NCBI GenBank assembly: GCA_963774075.1
Contig: CAVZDP010000005.1
Coordinates: 260,360 to 324,359, forward strand
Direction of reading: 5' to 3'
Length of the DNA: 64,000 nucleotides
Origin: an uncultured Solirubrobacterales bacterium
Lineage (GTDB): Bacteria > Actinomycetota > Thermoleophilia > Solirubrobacterales > JBBDJG01
Made by a program: the position numbers and the translations under genes. This document shows positions 8,972-18,456 of the stretch, in pieces (position 1 is the stretch's first letter; each line of letters starts with the position of its first letter). Below the pieces are notes generated by a model. That model did no database searches. It worked only from the letters and a program-made list of their open reading frames with translations, and had not been told where the DNA came from.

Positions 8972-10955
8972 ACAGATCGCCGACCGCCTCGCCGGAGACG
9001 ACTGGCGCGGGCTCGAGCTGTGCCTGTCACCGGCGCACGTCGCAAGCGACGACGCGCTCAAACGGGCCATCGACGCAGCGACGAGCGCTCGCGAACCCGG
9101 CCTTCGGCATGCCGAAGGCCGGCCTGTTCTCACGGCCGAGGCGCCGGTCGCATGGCCGAGCGGCGCATTTGTGAGCGTCGACTCGCTCGACGCCGAGGCG
9201 CGCTCCGGCATCGACCGCAGCGCGGAGTTCGCCGCGGCGATCGGCTCGCCGGTGCTCACGATCCACCTCTTCTGCCCCCGCGATGCCGCGAAGTTCCGAT
9301 CTCGGGCCCCGCTCGACGAGGACGCCGTGGTGCGTTTCCTCTCCTACTTCGCGACCGCCTGCGCCAACAGGGGCGTGAAGCCGCTGATCGAGAACGTACC
9401 CCCCGTGCTTCGGATGCGCACCGGCGGCGTCTACTTCTCCGAGATTGGGGGCCACTGGAGAGATCTTCTCGAGTGGCGCCAGAGCGTCCCGGAGCTTGGC
9501 TTCACCATCGACACCTCGCATGCTGGGCTCTTCCGCTCTTTCGCGGCCGCTTACCCCACGCTCTTCGGGCTCTCGGGCGACGACGAGCTGGACCTCGAGC
9601 GCTACGTCGAGGAGCTCGGCCCGCTCGCCGAGGTGGCGCACGTCTCGAACGCGCACGGTCTGCTCGCGGAGGGGCTGCCCTATGCGGGCGGCGAGCTGGA
9701 GCTGGATCCGGTGGTGAGGCGGCTCGGCGAGCTCGTGCCCTTCATCGTGGCGGAGATCAACGAGCCCGATCCGTCGGCCTCGCCCGCCATGAAGGCCGGC
9801 TACCGTGAGATCGAACGCGTGCTGGGCGAGCCGCAGGTTCCGGCGCCGGCACCCCGTCCGAGGCGAATCCCGAGCGACGACTTCGACTGGCAGGCGGTGC
9901 TGGGCCACCGCGACCCCGTGCCGTCTCTGCTCGACCTGCAGGAGCGACTCGGCGGTCGCCGCATCCTGGTCACGGGCAGCGGCGGCTCGATCGGTCGGGC
10001 GCTCGTCACGCTGCTGGATGGCTTCCGCCCCGAGCGGGTGACGCTGCTCGACGGGCACGAGGGGTCGCTGATCGCCGACCGCCGCCAGCGTGACGCCGCC
10101 TCGCTCGAGCGCGTTGCCCATGTCCTCTGCGACGTGCGAGACGGCGGCCGTCTCGACGCCGAGGTCGCGCGCGCCCGGCCGGACCTCATCTTCCACCTGG
10201 CCGCCTACAAGCACGTCGACTGGGCAGAGGTGTTCCCCGAGGAGTTCGTCGACAACAACCTGCACGGAAGCTGGAACGTGCTGCGGGCCGCGGAGGCAGC
10301 CGAGGTGGAGACCGTCGTCGTGGCCTCGACCGACAAGGCGGCGCTCGCCGCCAGCTTCTACGGCCGCACGAAGCGCTTCATGGAGCAGCTCACGGCGTTC
10401 TCGGCCAGCCGCGCGGGGGCGCAGCGGATCGCCGTCCGGTTCGTGAACGTGCTCGGCAGCGCCGGCAGTGCATCGGAGCTCTTCCTGCGACAGGCGCGCG
10501 CGAACGTGCCGCTGACCGTCACCGACACGGGCATGCAGCGGTACTGGGTGACGATGGCGCACGCGACTACGCTCGCAGCGCACGGCGCGCTCCTGGCCGC
10601 GGACGGCGTGGTGCTCGCTGGACCCGGAGACCCGGCCATGCTGACCGTCGGCCAGCTCGCGGAGCGGATCTGGGCGCAGGCCGGGCGCGAGGGCACGCCG
10701 GACATGGACGTCGTCGGCATCCGCCGTGGGGAGACATTGAACGAGGTGCTGACAGGCCCCGGTGAGCGAACCGGCACAGAGCGCCACCACGGCATCGCGG
10801 CGATCGAGGGTGAGATCCCGACCGCCGGTCCGGCCTGGGTGGCCGAACGGCTCCCCGCCAAAGGCGGGCGCGAGGAGGCGCGCGCCGTCTGGCTCGAGGC
10901 AATGCGCAGGCCCGGACTGCTGGCGCCCGCGAAAACCGAGCGCCGCCGCGCCTGA
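8919..10955 (+). CDS. fusion protein: xylose-isomerase-like TIM barrel (sugar phosphate isomerase/epimerase) + CapD/PglF-type nucleotide-sugar 4,6-dehydratase
   Basis: The N-terminal ~310 aa reads ...SPVLTIHLFCPR...LIENVPP...FTIDTSHAGLF...HVSNAHG.... The C-terminal part has ILVTGSGGSIGRALVTLL, FHLAAYKHV and VVASTDKAALAASFYGRTKRFMEQL (the STDKA...K catalytic signature of Polysacc_synt_2). No TM segments are present. Confidence 0.7.
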   Translation: MSTGSAAIPLLKAAPEPEQIADRLAGDDWRGLELCLSPAHVASDDALKRAIDAATSAREPGLRHAEGRPVLTAEAPVAWPSGAFVSVDSLDAEARSGIDRSAEFAAAIGSPVLTIHLFCPRDAAKFRSRAPLDEDAVVRFLSYFATACANRGVKPLIENVPPVLRMRTGGVYFSEIGGHWRDLLEWRQSVPELGFTIDTSHAGLFRSFAAAYPTLFGLSGDDELDLERYVEELGPLAEVAHVSNAHGLLAEGLPYAGGELELDPVVRRLGELVPFIVAEINEPDPSASPAMKAGYREIERVLGEPQVPAPAPRPRRIPSDDFDWQAVLGHRDPVPSLLDLQERLGGRRILVTGSGGSIGRALVTLLDGFRPERVTLLDGHEGSLIADRRQRDAASLERVAHVLCDVRDGGRLDAEVARARPDLIFHLAAYKHVDWAEVFPEEFVDNNLHGSWNVLRAAEAAEVETVVVASTDKAALAASFYGRTKRFMEQLTAFSASRAGAQRIAVRFVNVLGSAGSASELFLRQARANVPLTVTDTGMQRYWVTMAHATTLAAHGALLAADGVVLAGPGDPAMLTVGQLAERIWAQAGREGTPDMDVVGIRRGETLNEVLTGPGERTGTERHHGIAAIEGEIPTAGPAWVAERLPAKGGREEARAVWLEAMRRPGLLAPAKTERRRA

Positions 10956-11018
10956 AGCAACGCCTGTGCCGGACGAGCTCGCGCGTGCATTCACCCTCGA
11001 GCTGACCCGGACAGACGA

Positions 11019-12551
11019 ATGAAGCTGGCGACTGCACTCTTCTTCTACCCGCGTGGCGGATCGGCGCAGGTGGCGCGCTACCTCTCGCCGGCGCTCGAGG
11101 AGAGCGGCCTGCAGGTCACCCTCGTCTCTGGATCGCTCGGGGAGCCCGGCAACAGGTCCCACGCGGAGACGTTCTTCGCCGGCCTTCGTGTGCGGCCGGT
11201 GGACTACGGGCCGGCCGTGGCCGCGTACCGCGCTGGCCGCGACCCGATCGCGGAGCCGGTGCCGCTCCATCCTTCCTTCGAAGACCGTCCCGGCGCTCCC
11301 GATCGCGTATTCGCATCGGTGTCGCCGGAGCTCGGCGATCACCTGACCCGTTCCTGGCGACGGCTGCTCGCCGCACGCTTCGAGGAGGACTTCCCCGTCT
11401 TCCACCTTCACCACCTGACGCCACAGCACGAGGCGGTCAGGCGAGCATTTCCGGGCCGGCCGATCGTGACGAGCCTCCACGGCACTGAGACGAAGATGCT
11501 CGACCGCATCGCACACCTGGCCGGCTTCGCACGGACATTCGGATCCGACCTCGCCGGCATGGCCGAGCGCTCGGAGACGGGAACGCTCCCGGACGAGGAC
11601 GAACTGGAGCCCGACCAGCGGCTGGTGCTCGACGAGACCCGATGGCGCTACTGGCGGTTCGGAGAGCACTGGGCGGACAGGATGCGCTCGATCGCGCGGG
11701 ACGTCGATCGCATCGTCGTCAATTCACCGCACGAACGCGGCGAGGCGGTACGGCTGCTCGGCATAGACGAGCGCAGGATCGAGCTGATCCCCAACGGCGT
11801 CGACATCGGCAGGTTCGACCGCCGGCAGCTCTCGCACGATGAGCGGCTGGCGCGCTGGCGACATTGGCTGGTGGACGATCCACGCGGCTGGGACGAGTCG
11901 GCTCGCCCGGGAAGCGTGCGTTACGGCGAGGCGGACCTCGATGCATTCTTCGACGCGCGGACCGGCGAGCCGGCGCACGTCCTCCTGTTCGTGGGCCGAT
12001 TTCTTGGCGTCAAGCGCGTGCCGCTCCTCCTGCGGGCGTACGCCGCCGCTCGCACGCGCTTCGACACTCCGGCTCCGCTGGTGATCTGGGGCGGCTTCCC
12101 GGGGGAGTGGGAGGGCGAGCACCCCGTCGCGGTCGCGCGCGAGGTCGGCGAGGATGGGATCTTCTTCTGCGGCTGGCGTGGGCACAACGACCTGCCCGAC
12201 GGGCTCGCCTGCTCGGACGTGCTCGTCGGGCCCTCGATCAGGGAGGGCTTTGGCCAGGTCTTCATCGAGGCGATGGCGTGCGGGCTGCCGGTGATCGTCG
12301 CCCGCAGCGGCGGCCCGCTCTCGTTCGTGAACACGAGGCCGGAGGAGCCCAACGGCTGGATCGTCGAGCCCGACGACGAGCCGAGCCTGGCCGAAGCGCT
12401 CGTCGAAGCCGTGAACGATCCCGCCACGCGCCGCGAGCGAGGCGAGCGCGCTTACCGCGACGCTCGCAGCGACTACTCCTGGCATTCGCTGGCCGAGCGC
12501 TACGCGGCGGTGTACGAGCAGGTGCTCGGCGAGCACCCCGGGGCTCGATAG
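11019..12551 (+). CDS. glycosyltransferase family 4 (GT-B, retaining)
   Basis: C-terminal EX7E region: PSIREGFGQVFIEAMACGLPVIVARSGGP. The N-terminal domain carries a long insertion. Confidence 0.8.
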   Translation: MKLATALFFYPRGGSAQVARYLSPALEESGLQVTLVSGSLGEPGNRSHAETFFAGLRVRPVDYGPAVAAYRAGRDPIAEPVPLHPSFEDRPGAPDRVFASVSPELGDHLTRSWRRLLAARFEEDFPVFHLHHLTPQHEAVRRAFPGRPIVTSLHGTETKMLDRIAHLAGFARTFGSDLAGMAERSETGTLPDEDELEPDQRLVLDETRWRYWRFGEHWADRMRSIARDVDRIVVNSPHERGEAVRLLGIDERRIELIPNGVDIGRFDRRQLSHDERLARWRHWLVDDPRGWDESARPGSVRYGEADLDAFFDARTGEPAHVLLFVGRFLGVKRVPLLLRAYAAARTRFDTPAPLVIWGGFPGEWEGEHPVAVAREVGEDGIFFCGWRGHNDLPDGLACSDVLVGPSIREGFGQVFIEAMACGLPVIVARSGGPLSFVNTRPEEPNGWIVEPDDEPSLAEALVEAVNDPATRRERGERAYRDARSDYSWHSLAERYAAVYEQVLGEHPGAR

Positions 12552-12571
12552 GCCCGGTAGCAGCGAGGGCG

Positions 12572-13918
12572 CTACACCGTCGCCGACAGGTGTGCGTAGA
12601 GCGGGTAGCGCTCCATCAGCGCCCGAGTGCGATCCGATAGCTCGGCGCGCGTAGCCTCGTCGTAGCTCGGCGCGAGCGCCTCGGCGATCACGTGCCCGAT
12701 CTCGCGCAGGTCGTCCTCGACCATGCCGCGGGTCGTCAACGCCGGCGTGCCGATCCGAAGCCCGGACGCTCGCATCGGCGGGCGCTGGTCGAAGGGGATC
12801 GCGTTGCGGTTGACGGTGATCTCGACTTCGGCGAGCCTGTCCTCTGCCTCCTTGCCGTCGAGGCCGTCCATGCCGAGGTCGACGAGCACCAGGTGCACGT
12901 CGGTGCCCCCGGTCAGGACGTGCTGCCCGCCGGCCTGAAGCGTCTCGCCGAGCGCGCGCGCATTCGCGATCGTCTGCCGCTGGCGCTCGCGGAAGAGGTC
13001 GCTCGCCGCGATCTTCAAGCACACGGCCTTGGCCGCGATCACGTGCTGGAGCGGGCCGCCCTGCTGTCCGGGGAAGACCGCCTTGTCGATCGCCTGGGCG
13101 TGCTCTTCCTTGCAGAGGATCAAGCCCGCGCGCGGTCCACCGAGTGTCTTGTGCGTCGTGGTGGTGACCACATCCGCGTGCGGGACCGGGCTGGGGTGCT
13201 CGCCGGCCGCCACGAGGCCCGCGAAGTGAGCCATGTCCACCATCAGCTTCGCGCCGACCTCGTCGGCGATGCGGCGGAACTCCGCGAAGTCGAGCTGACG
13301 AGGATAGGCGGACCAGCCGGCGACGATCAGCTTCGGCCGGTGCTCGCGCGCGAGCCGCTCCACCTGCTCCATGTCGACGCGGTAGTCCTCGCGGCGGACC
13401 TGATAGCCGACGACGTTGTACAGCTTGCCCGACACGTTCAGCTTCATGCCGTGGGTGAGGTGGCCGCCGTGCGCCAGCTCCATGCCGAGGATCGTGTCGC
13501 CCGGCTCGATCAGCGCCATGTAGGCGGCATTGTTGGCCTGCGCGCCCGCGTGCGGCTGCGCGTTCGCGTGTTCGGCGCCGAAAAGCGCCTTGGCGCGGTC
13601 GATTGCTAGCTGCTCGGAGACGTCGACCCACTCGCAGCCGCCGTAGTAGCGACGGCCCGGATACCCCTCGGCGTATTTGTTGGTCAGCACCGAGCCCGCG
13701 GCCTCGAGCACGGCCTGGGGGACGAAGTTCTCCGAGGCGATCAGCTCGAGCGTTCCCTGTTGGCGCTCGAGCTCGTTCCTCAGGACATCGGCGATCTCGG
13801 GGTCGACGCTCGACAACGACTCGCTGAAGTAGTTCGGGTCCAGATCGCTCAGTGTCTCCTCCTCGTCGTGGCTCTTGCTCTCAGGCGTCGGCTGGAGCGC
13901 GCTCGGGCGCCACGCCAT
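12572..13918 (-). CDS. glyA: serine hydroxymethyltransferase
   Basis: [38 protein letters not shown] and the PLP-Lys motif [16 protein letters not shown]. The start is uncertain: ATG 13918 overlaps rpiB by 38 nt, and an internal TTG is possible. Confidence 0.92.
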   Translation of the reverse strand: MAWRPSALQPTPESKSHDEEETLSDLDPNYFSESLSSVDPEIADVLRNELERQQGTLELIASENFVPQAVLEAAGSVLTNKYAEGYPGRRYYGGCEWVDVSEQLAIDRAKALFGAEHANAQPHAGAQANNAAYMALIEPGDTILGMELAHGGHLTHGMKLNVSGKLYNVVGYQVRREDYRVDMEQVERLAREHRPKLIVAGWSAYPRQLDFAEFRRIADEVGAKLMVDMAHFAGLVAAGEHPSPVPHADVVTTTTHKTLGGPRAGLILCKEEHAQAIDKAVFPGQQGGPLQHVIAAKAVCLKIAASDLFRERQRQTIANARALGETLQAGGQHVLTGGTDVHLVLVDLGMDGLDGKEAEDRLAEVEITVNRNAIPFDQRPPMRASGLRIGTPALTTRGMVEDDLREIGHVIAEALAPSYDEATRAELSDRTRALMERYPLYAHLSATV

Positions 13919-14366
13919 CGGGTACCTCGCCGCTCTCGATCTGCCTGATCTGGTCGAGGCGCCGCTCGTGTCGGCCCCCCTCGAACCCCGTCTCTAGGAA
14001 CGAGGCGATGATCCCGCTCGCCTGCTCACCCTCGAGAGCGCGACCGGCGAGGGCGAGGACGTTGGCGTCGTTGTGGCGGCGGCTCATCTCCGCGTCGTCG
14101 GAGTCGCGCGCGTTGACCGCCCGCACCCCCGCGAACTTGTTCGCGACGATGCTCACACCGGTGCCGCTGCCACAGGCGAGCACGGCACGGTCGGCGTCGC
14201 CCGCCGACACCAGCCGGGCCGCCCGGGCGGCGTGAACGGGGTAGTCCACGGAGTCATCGGAGTCGGTGCCGCAGTCGATCACCTCGTGTCCCTCGCGCTC
14301 GAGGATCGACACGATCGTCCGCTTCAGCGGGTAACCCGCGTGATCCACTCCGACGGCGACGCGCAT
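13881..14366 (-). CDS. rpiB: ribose-5-phosphate isomerase B
   Basis: [15 protein letters not shown]...[22 protein letters not shown]...[14 protein letters not shown]. Only the C-terminal 161 aa of track ORF 13881..14906 look real. Confidence 0.9.
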   Translation of the reverse strand: MRVAVGVDHAGYPLKRTIVSILEREGHEVIDCGTDSDDSVDYPVHAARAARLVSAGDADRAVLACGSGTGVSIVANKFAGVRAVNARDSDDAEMSRRHNDANVLALAGRALEGEQASGIIASFLETGFEGGRHERRLDQIRQIESGEVPDGVAPERAPADA

Positions 14367-14440
14367 GGCCTCCTGACTATAAAGAAGGGCGCGGAGAAGG
14401 CTGCGCCGCGGGGCCCCGCGGCTGCTCCAGCCGCCTGGCG

Positions 14441-15331
14441 CTAGCCGACTATCAGGCTGACCACGATGGCGGTCGGTATGCCCCAGATCACGGAGTAGGC
14501 GGCCGCCGCGGCCCAGAAGCCCGTGTAGCGCACGCTGCCCATGAGTAGGAGCGCGACGCCGTGCCAGACAGTGATCATGAAAGCGCCGAGCGCAAGCAAC
14601 GCCCGCGCCGCACAGCCGGCCGTGATGCTCCGCCACTCCTGGTCGATCGCGCACTCGAGGGCGAGCAGGCCCAGCGCGATCGTGCCCAAGGTCCCGATGA
14701 CGAGCGCGAACCGGTCGCGCGACGCCAGCGGCGGCAGGTAGTCGGGCCTCTCCTCTTCCGCATCGCGCGCGGCAGGAGCCGGGGGCACGCGCTCCACCCG
14801 CTCGACCGTCGGACTGCCGCCGTTCGACGGCGGCTGGACGACGATGTGCGTGATCGGGACGGACAGCTCCTCTCGCGCGCGCTTCACGAGGTCCTTCTCG
14901 AGCCACTGTGACTCGCCCTCGGGGTGGGTGACGATGACCACCTCGTCCGCCGGGAACATGCGCAGGCCGTCCTCTGTCGCGAGCATCGGATCCGCCTCGC
15001 CGACGTGACCGCTCGCGTGCACCCCCGCCTGCTGGAGGGCCTGGAGCGACTCGTCGAGGCGCGTGCGCGCCTCGTCGATGGCCTCGTCCACCTCACCGAC
15101 TGCGACCTTGAGAGGCGAGGTCAGCGCCGGCGCCACGACGAACACCTCACCGTCGCGGTCGCGCACCCTGCGCTGGACCTCCTCGACGATTCTGTCGTCG
15201 GTCGTCGCCTCGCTCGTGACCACGAGCAGCCGATGGACGTCCACAGTCGGCTGCGACGAGGATGAGGGAGGCGTGCTGCCAGTTGGTTGGACTGCCATCA
15301 GGTCCTGCGTATACCCGTCCCGACCGCCCAC
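14441..15331 (-). CDS. hypothetical protein: USP-like alpha/beta N-domain + ~4-TM C-domain
   Basis: The N-half, HRLLVVTSEATTDDRIVEEV...EVFVVAPAL...ADEVVIVTHPEG, resembles an adenine-nucleotide-alpha-hydrolase/USP fold. The C-half is hydrophobic (FALVIGTLGTIALGLLAL...). The start may instead be the ATG at 15298. Confidence 0.5.
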   Translation of the reverse strand: MGGRDGYTQDLMAVQPTGSTPPSSSSQPTVDVHRLLVVTSEATTDDRIVEEVQRRVRDRDGEVFVVAPALTSPLKVAVGEVDEAIDEARTRLDESLQALQQAGVHASGHVGEADPMLATEDGLRMFPADEVVIVTHPEGESQWLEKDLVKRAREELSVPITHIVVQPPSNGGSPTVERVERVPPAPAARDAEEERPDYLPPLASRDRFALVIGTLGTIALGLLALECAIDQEWRSITAGCAARALLALGAFMITVWHGVALLLMGSVRYTGFWAAAAAYSVIWGIPTAIVVSLIVG

Positions 15332-15361
15332 GAAAACCGCGAACGGCGCGAGCCCCAGAGC

Positions 15362-16987
15362 CTAGGCAGCGACGGCCGCCGCCTCAGCGGTGGAGACGTC
15401 GGCCGGGCGTCTTCGCATCGCGAGCGCGAATGGCACCGCGAGCAGCGTCACGAAGGCGGCCACGCGGAAGGCCGCTCCGAAGGAGTCGCGCACGTGCTCG
15501 TCGACGATGTCCTGTGCCCGGCGCTCAACCGGAGTGCCCGCGGCCGGCTCCCGCGCACCGGGGTCGCGCGGGTCGGCGAGCACGCGGTCCTCGAGCCGCG
15601 ACTGATCTCGCCCGGTGAGCCCGCTCTCACGCGAGAGCGCCGCCACGTCCAGGCGCGCGTCACGCACGTTGCCGTCGATCGTGCCCGTGAAGACAGCGAC
15701 GAGCACGGCGACTCCGATAGCGAACCCGACCTGGCGCGACATGTTCACGATCCCCGACCCGAGACCCAGCTCCTGGCCGCGGATCGAGCCCATCGCGCCG
15801 ATGTTCAGCGCCGGGAAGGTCGCCCCCATCGCTGCCCCCATCAGCACGAGCGCGGGCAGCACATCCCAGTACGAAGGCTCCGCGGGCAGCCCGCTGAGCA
15901 GGAAGAGGCCGGCGGCCATCACGACCAGCGCCGGCACGCCGACCGCGCGCGGCGAGACGCGGTTCGCCAGCCGCCCCACCACCGGCGCGACGAACAGTCC
16001 CGCCAGTGGTATAGGACTGATCGCCAGCGCCGCCTCGAGCTCCGAGTAGCCCCACAGGTTCACGAACGCGAGCACGGTCATGAACAGCGCGCCCATCATC
16101 CCGATGGCGAAGAGCAGGAAGGCTGCGCTTGCTCCTATGAACTGGCGATTTCGCACGAGCTCGCGCGTCAGCATCGGGAATCGCCCGTAGCGCTGAGAGA
16201 GCGCGAAAAGCGCCGCCAGCAGCACGGAGGCGGCGAAGAGCGAGACGATCAGCGGCGATCCCCAGCCCTTGTCGTCGGCCTCGACGAGGCCGTATGTGAG
16301 GCAGAAGATCGAGCCGCCGATCGTGACCATTCCCCACCAGTCGACGTCGGTGCCCGCATGGGGGTCGCGCGTCTCGGGCATCACGCGCAGCGCGAGCACG
16401 ATCCCCGTGATCCCGATCGGCACGTTGATGAGGAAGATCCAGTGCCAGCCCGCGTCCCAGGGCCAGGTGGCGAACTCGACCAGCAGTCCTCCGATGGGCG
16501 GGCCGAGCGCCGCGGCGGTGTTGGCCACGACCGCCATCAGCGCCAGCCCCAGCCCGCGCTGCTCCGGGGGAAACACGAGCGTCGTCATCGCGAGCGCAAG
16601 CGGAGCCAGGATGCCCGCGCCCACGCCTTGCACGACGCGGAACGCGACCAGCGTGTCGATGGACGACGACAGCGCGCAGAGCAGCGACCCGACCGTGAAG
16701 ATCGACATCCCGATGAGGAAGAACCGGCGGCGGCCGAACTGGTCCGCGAGCCTCCCCATCGAGACGAGCAGCACCGCGAACACGATGTTGTAGGAGTTCA
16801 AGACCCACGAGACGTCGTCCACGGGCGCGTCGAGGTCGCGCTCGAGCTGGGGAATCGTGATGTTGACGATCGTGATGTCGATCAGGGCCATGAAGAGGCC
16901 GATCATCACGACGCCCCAGATCTGCCACCTGTGGGCGTAGAGCTGCTCTGGAGGGGGGTTCTGGAAGTGAGTGGTGGCGGTCGTCAT
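15362..16987 (-). CDS. MFS transporter, DHA2 (EmrB/QacA, 14-TMS) family
   Basis: WGVVMIGLFMALIDITIVNITIPQL...SWVLNSYNIVFAVLLVSMGRLADQFGRRR (the DHA2 N-terminal signature). About 14 hydrophobic segments. Confidence 0.85.
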   Translation of the reverse strand: MTTATTHFQNPPPEQLYAHRWQIWGVVMIGLFMALIDITIVNITIPQLERDLDAPVDDVSWVLNSYNIVFAVLLVSMGRLADQFGRRRFFLIGMSIFTVGSLLCALSSSIDTLVAFRVVQGVGAGILAPLALAMTTLVFPPEQRGLGLALMAVVANTAAALGPPIGGLLVEFATWPWDAGWHWIFLINVPIGITGIVLALRVMPETRDPHAGTDVDWWGMVTIGGSIFCLTYGLVEADDKGWGSPLIVSLFAASVLLAALFALSQRYGRFPMLTRELVRNRQFIGASAAFLLFAIGMMGALFMTVLAFVNLWGYSELEAALAISPIPLAGLFVAPVVGRLANRVSPRAVGVPALVVMAAGLFLLSGLPAEPSYWDVLPALVLMGAAMGATFPALNIGAMGSIRGQELGLGSGIVNMSRQVGFAIGVAVLVAVFTGTIDGNVRDARLDVAALSRESGLTGRDQSRLEDRVLADPRDPGAREPAAGTPVERRAQDIVDEHVRDSFGAAFRVAAFVTLLAVPFALAMRRRPADVSTAEAAAVAA

Positions 16988-17601
16988 TCGAGGCTGTCGA
17001 GGAGGCGAGCGACGTGCTCACGCTGCACCGCCGCCTCGCGCAGGACCTCCCAGCGCCCGTCGCGCTCGTAGCCGGTGAGATCCAGCACGGTCGACGGCGT
17101 TCCGGAGAGCTCGCCGCCGTCGAGGACGATATCCGCGCCGTCGAGAATTTCTGTGCCGACGTCACTCAACGTGCTCGGGTCGGCCTCTCCGCTGCGATTG
17201 GCGCTCGTCTGGAGGATCGCCACGCGGGCGCCGGCAAGCGGCGCGGCGCTTCCTTCCAGTCGCGGCACCCTGATGCCGAGGCCCGCCCCACCCGCGAGCG
17301 GGTAGCGCCCACCCGGGTTCTCGACGACCACCGTCAGCGCTCCGGGGAGCAGCACCCCAAGGGCCGCGACCGTACGCGGACCGAGCTCCGGCACCGCCGC
17401 AAGCGCGCGGTCCAGCTCGAAGAACATGACGGCCGCAGGCCTGTCGGGAGCCCGTCCCTTGAGCGCGTACATACGCTTCATGGAGCCAGGCGAGCCGGGG
17501 TTGCAGGCAAGGCCGTAGACGGTATCGGCGGGGAACACCGCGACGCCGCCGCGCCCGATGCAGCGCTCGAACGCGAACACGTCGTCCGTGCTCAGAGGCA
17601 C
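16984..17601 (-). CDS. tsaC: L-threonylcarbamoyladenylate synthase (TsaC/YrdC/Sua5 domain)
   Basis: VAVFPADTVYGLACNP...ALKGRAPDRPAAVM...IRVP...TSANRSGE. Conserved position after prmC. Confidence 0.85.
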   Translation of the reverse strand: MPLSTDDVFAFERCIGRGGVAVFPADTVYGLACNPGSPGSMKRMYALKGRAPDRPAAVMFFELDRALAAVPELGPRTVAALGVLLPGALTVVVENPGGRYPLAGGAGLGIRVPRLEGSAAPLAGARVAILQTSANRSGEADPSTLSDVGTEILDGADIVLDGGELSGTPSTVLDLTGYERDGRWEVLREAAVQREHVARLLDSLE

Positions 17602-17619
17602 GTCCGCGACCTTGGTGCG

Positions 17620-18444
17620 CTACCGACGACCGGTGACCACGCGCGGAATGCCGGCGAGGTCACGAATGGTCTCGATGTGACCGAGGCCGGCCCGCTCGAA
17701 GAGCCCCTCCACCGTGCGCGCCTGCCCCTGTCCGACCTCGATCCCGAGCATCCCGCCGCGCGCCAGGACCTCGGCGGCGGCGGGGACCAGGTCCCGGATG
17801 ACGTCCAGCCCGTCGGGCCCGGCCTTGAGGGCCTCGCTCGGCTCGAAGAGAGTGATCTCGGGCTGCAGGCCCGGCCAATCGGAGTCGCGCACGTACGGCG
17901 GGTTCGAGACGATCAGTTCGTAGGGCCCGCCCACGATCAGGTCCGCGATCAGCAGCTCCACGTTGAGCCCGAGCCGGGCCGCGTTCGCGCGCGCCGCCTC
18001 GATCGCGTCGAAGGAGTTGTCGATCCCGGTGACCCGCACGCCTGTGCGCTCGTTTGCGATCGCGAGCGCGATGGCGCCCGAGCCTGTGCCAACGTCGAGC
18101 ACACGCTGCCCGTTCTGGGCCAGCTCAACGAGCAGCTCGGTCTCGGGGCGCGGCACGAGCACGCGATGGTCGACGTGCAACTCGAGCTCGCGGAAGTGCG
18201 CGCGACCGAGGATGTACGCGACCGGCTCACGCCGCTCACGCCGCGCGAGCATGCGAGAGAAGCGCTCGGCCTCGTCCACATCGAGCGCTCGCTCGGGGTC
18301 CGCGTAGAGTTGTGCACGATCGGAACCCGTGGCTTCCGCCAGCAGAAGCTCGGCATCGAGCCGTGGGTCGTCCACGCCCGCCATCTCCAGCGTCTCGGCG
18401 GCGTGCGCCAGGGCGTCCTTGACAGCAGAGCCCGTTTCGATCAA
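17620..18444 (-). CDS. prmC: release-factor glutamine N5-methyltransferase
   Basis: VLDVGTGSGAIALA (SAM-binding) and IVSNPPYV (NPPY). Adjacent to prfA. Confidence 0.9.
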   Translation of the reverse strand: MIETGSAVKDALAHAAETLEMAGVDDPRLDAELLLAEATGSDRAQLYADPERALDVDEAERFSRMLARRERREPVAYILGRAHFRELELHVDHRVLVPRPETELLVELAQNGQRVLDVGTGSGAIALAIANERTGVRVTGIDNSFDAIEAARANAARLGLNVELLIADLIVGGPYELIVSNPPYVRDSDWPGLQPEITLFEPSEALKAGPDGLDVIRDLVPAAAEVLARGGMLGIEVGQGQARTVEGLFERAGLGHIETIRDLAGIPRVVTGRR

Positions 18445-18456
18445 TCCGCTAATCGC

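Noticed and set aside
9027-11669. Very long antisense ORFs in the track. Examples: 9027..11669(-) 880 aa, 17014..18753(+), 22912..24753(+), 27341..28915(+), 36925..38556(+), 49864..51942(+), 55980..57920(+), 60442..62508(+), 62726..63913(-).
   Set aside because: Their products are monotonous R/A/G/P/D-rich strings with no motifs. Each lies opposite, or out of frame with, a gene that has clear family signatures. Open shadow frames like these are expected at about 70% GC because stop codons are rare.
13881-14906. 341-aa ORF upstream-extended from rpiB, and the 424-aa version of the DUF1385 ORF (19559..20833).
   Set aside because: RpiB similarity starts at [11 protein letters not shown] (ATG 14366), and the extension is Arg-rich and overlaps the neighbouring gene. 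The DUF1385 extension would overlap rpmE.
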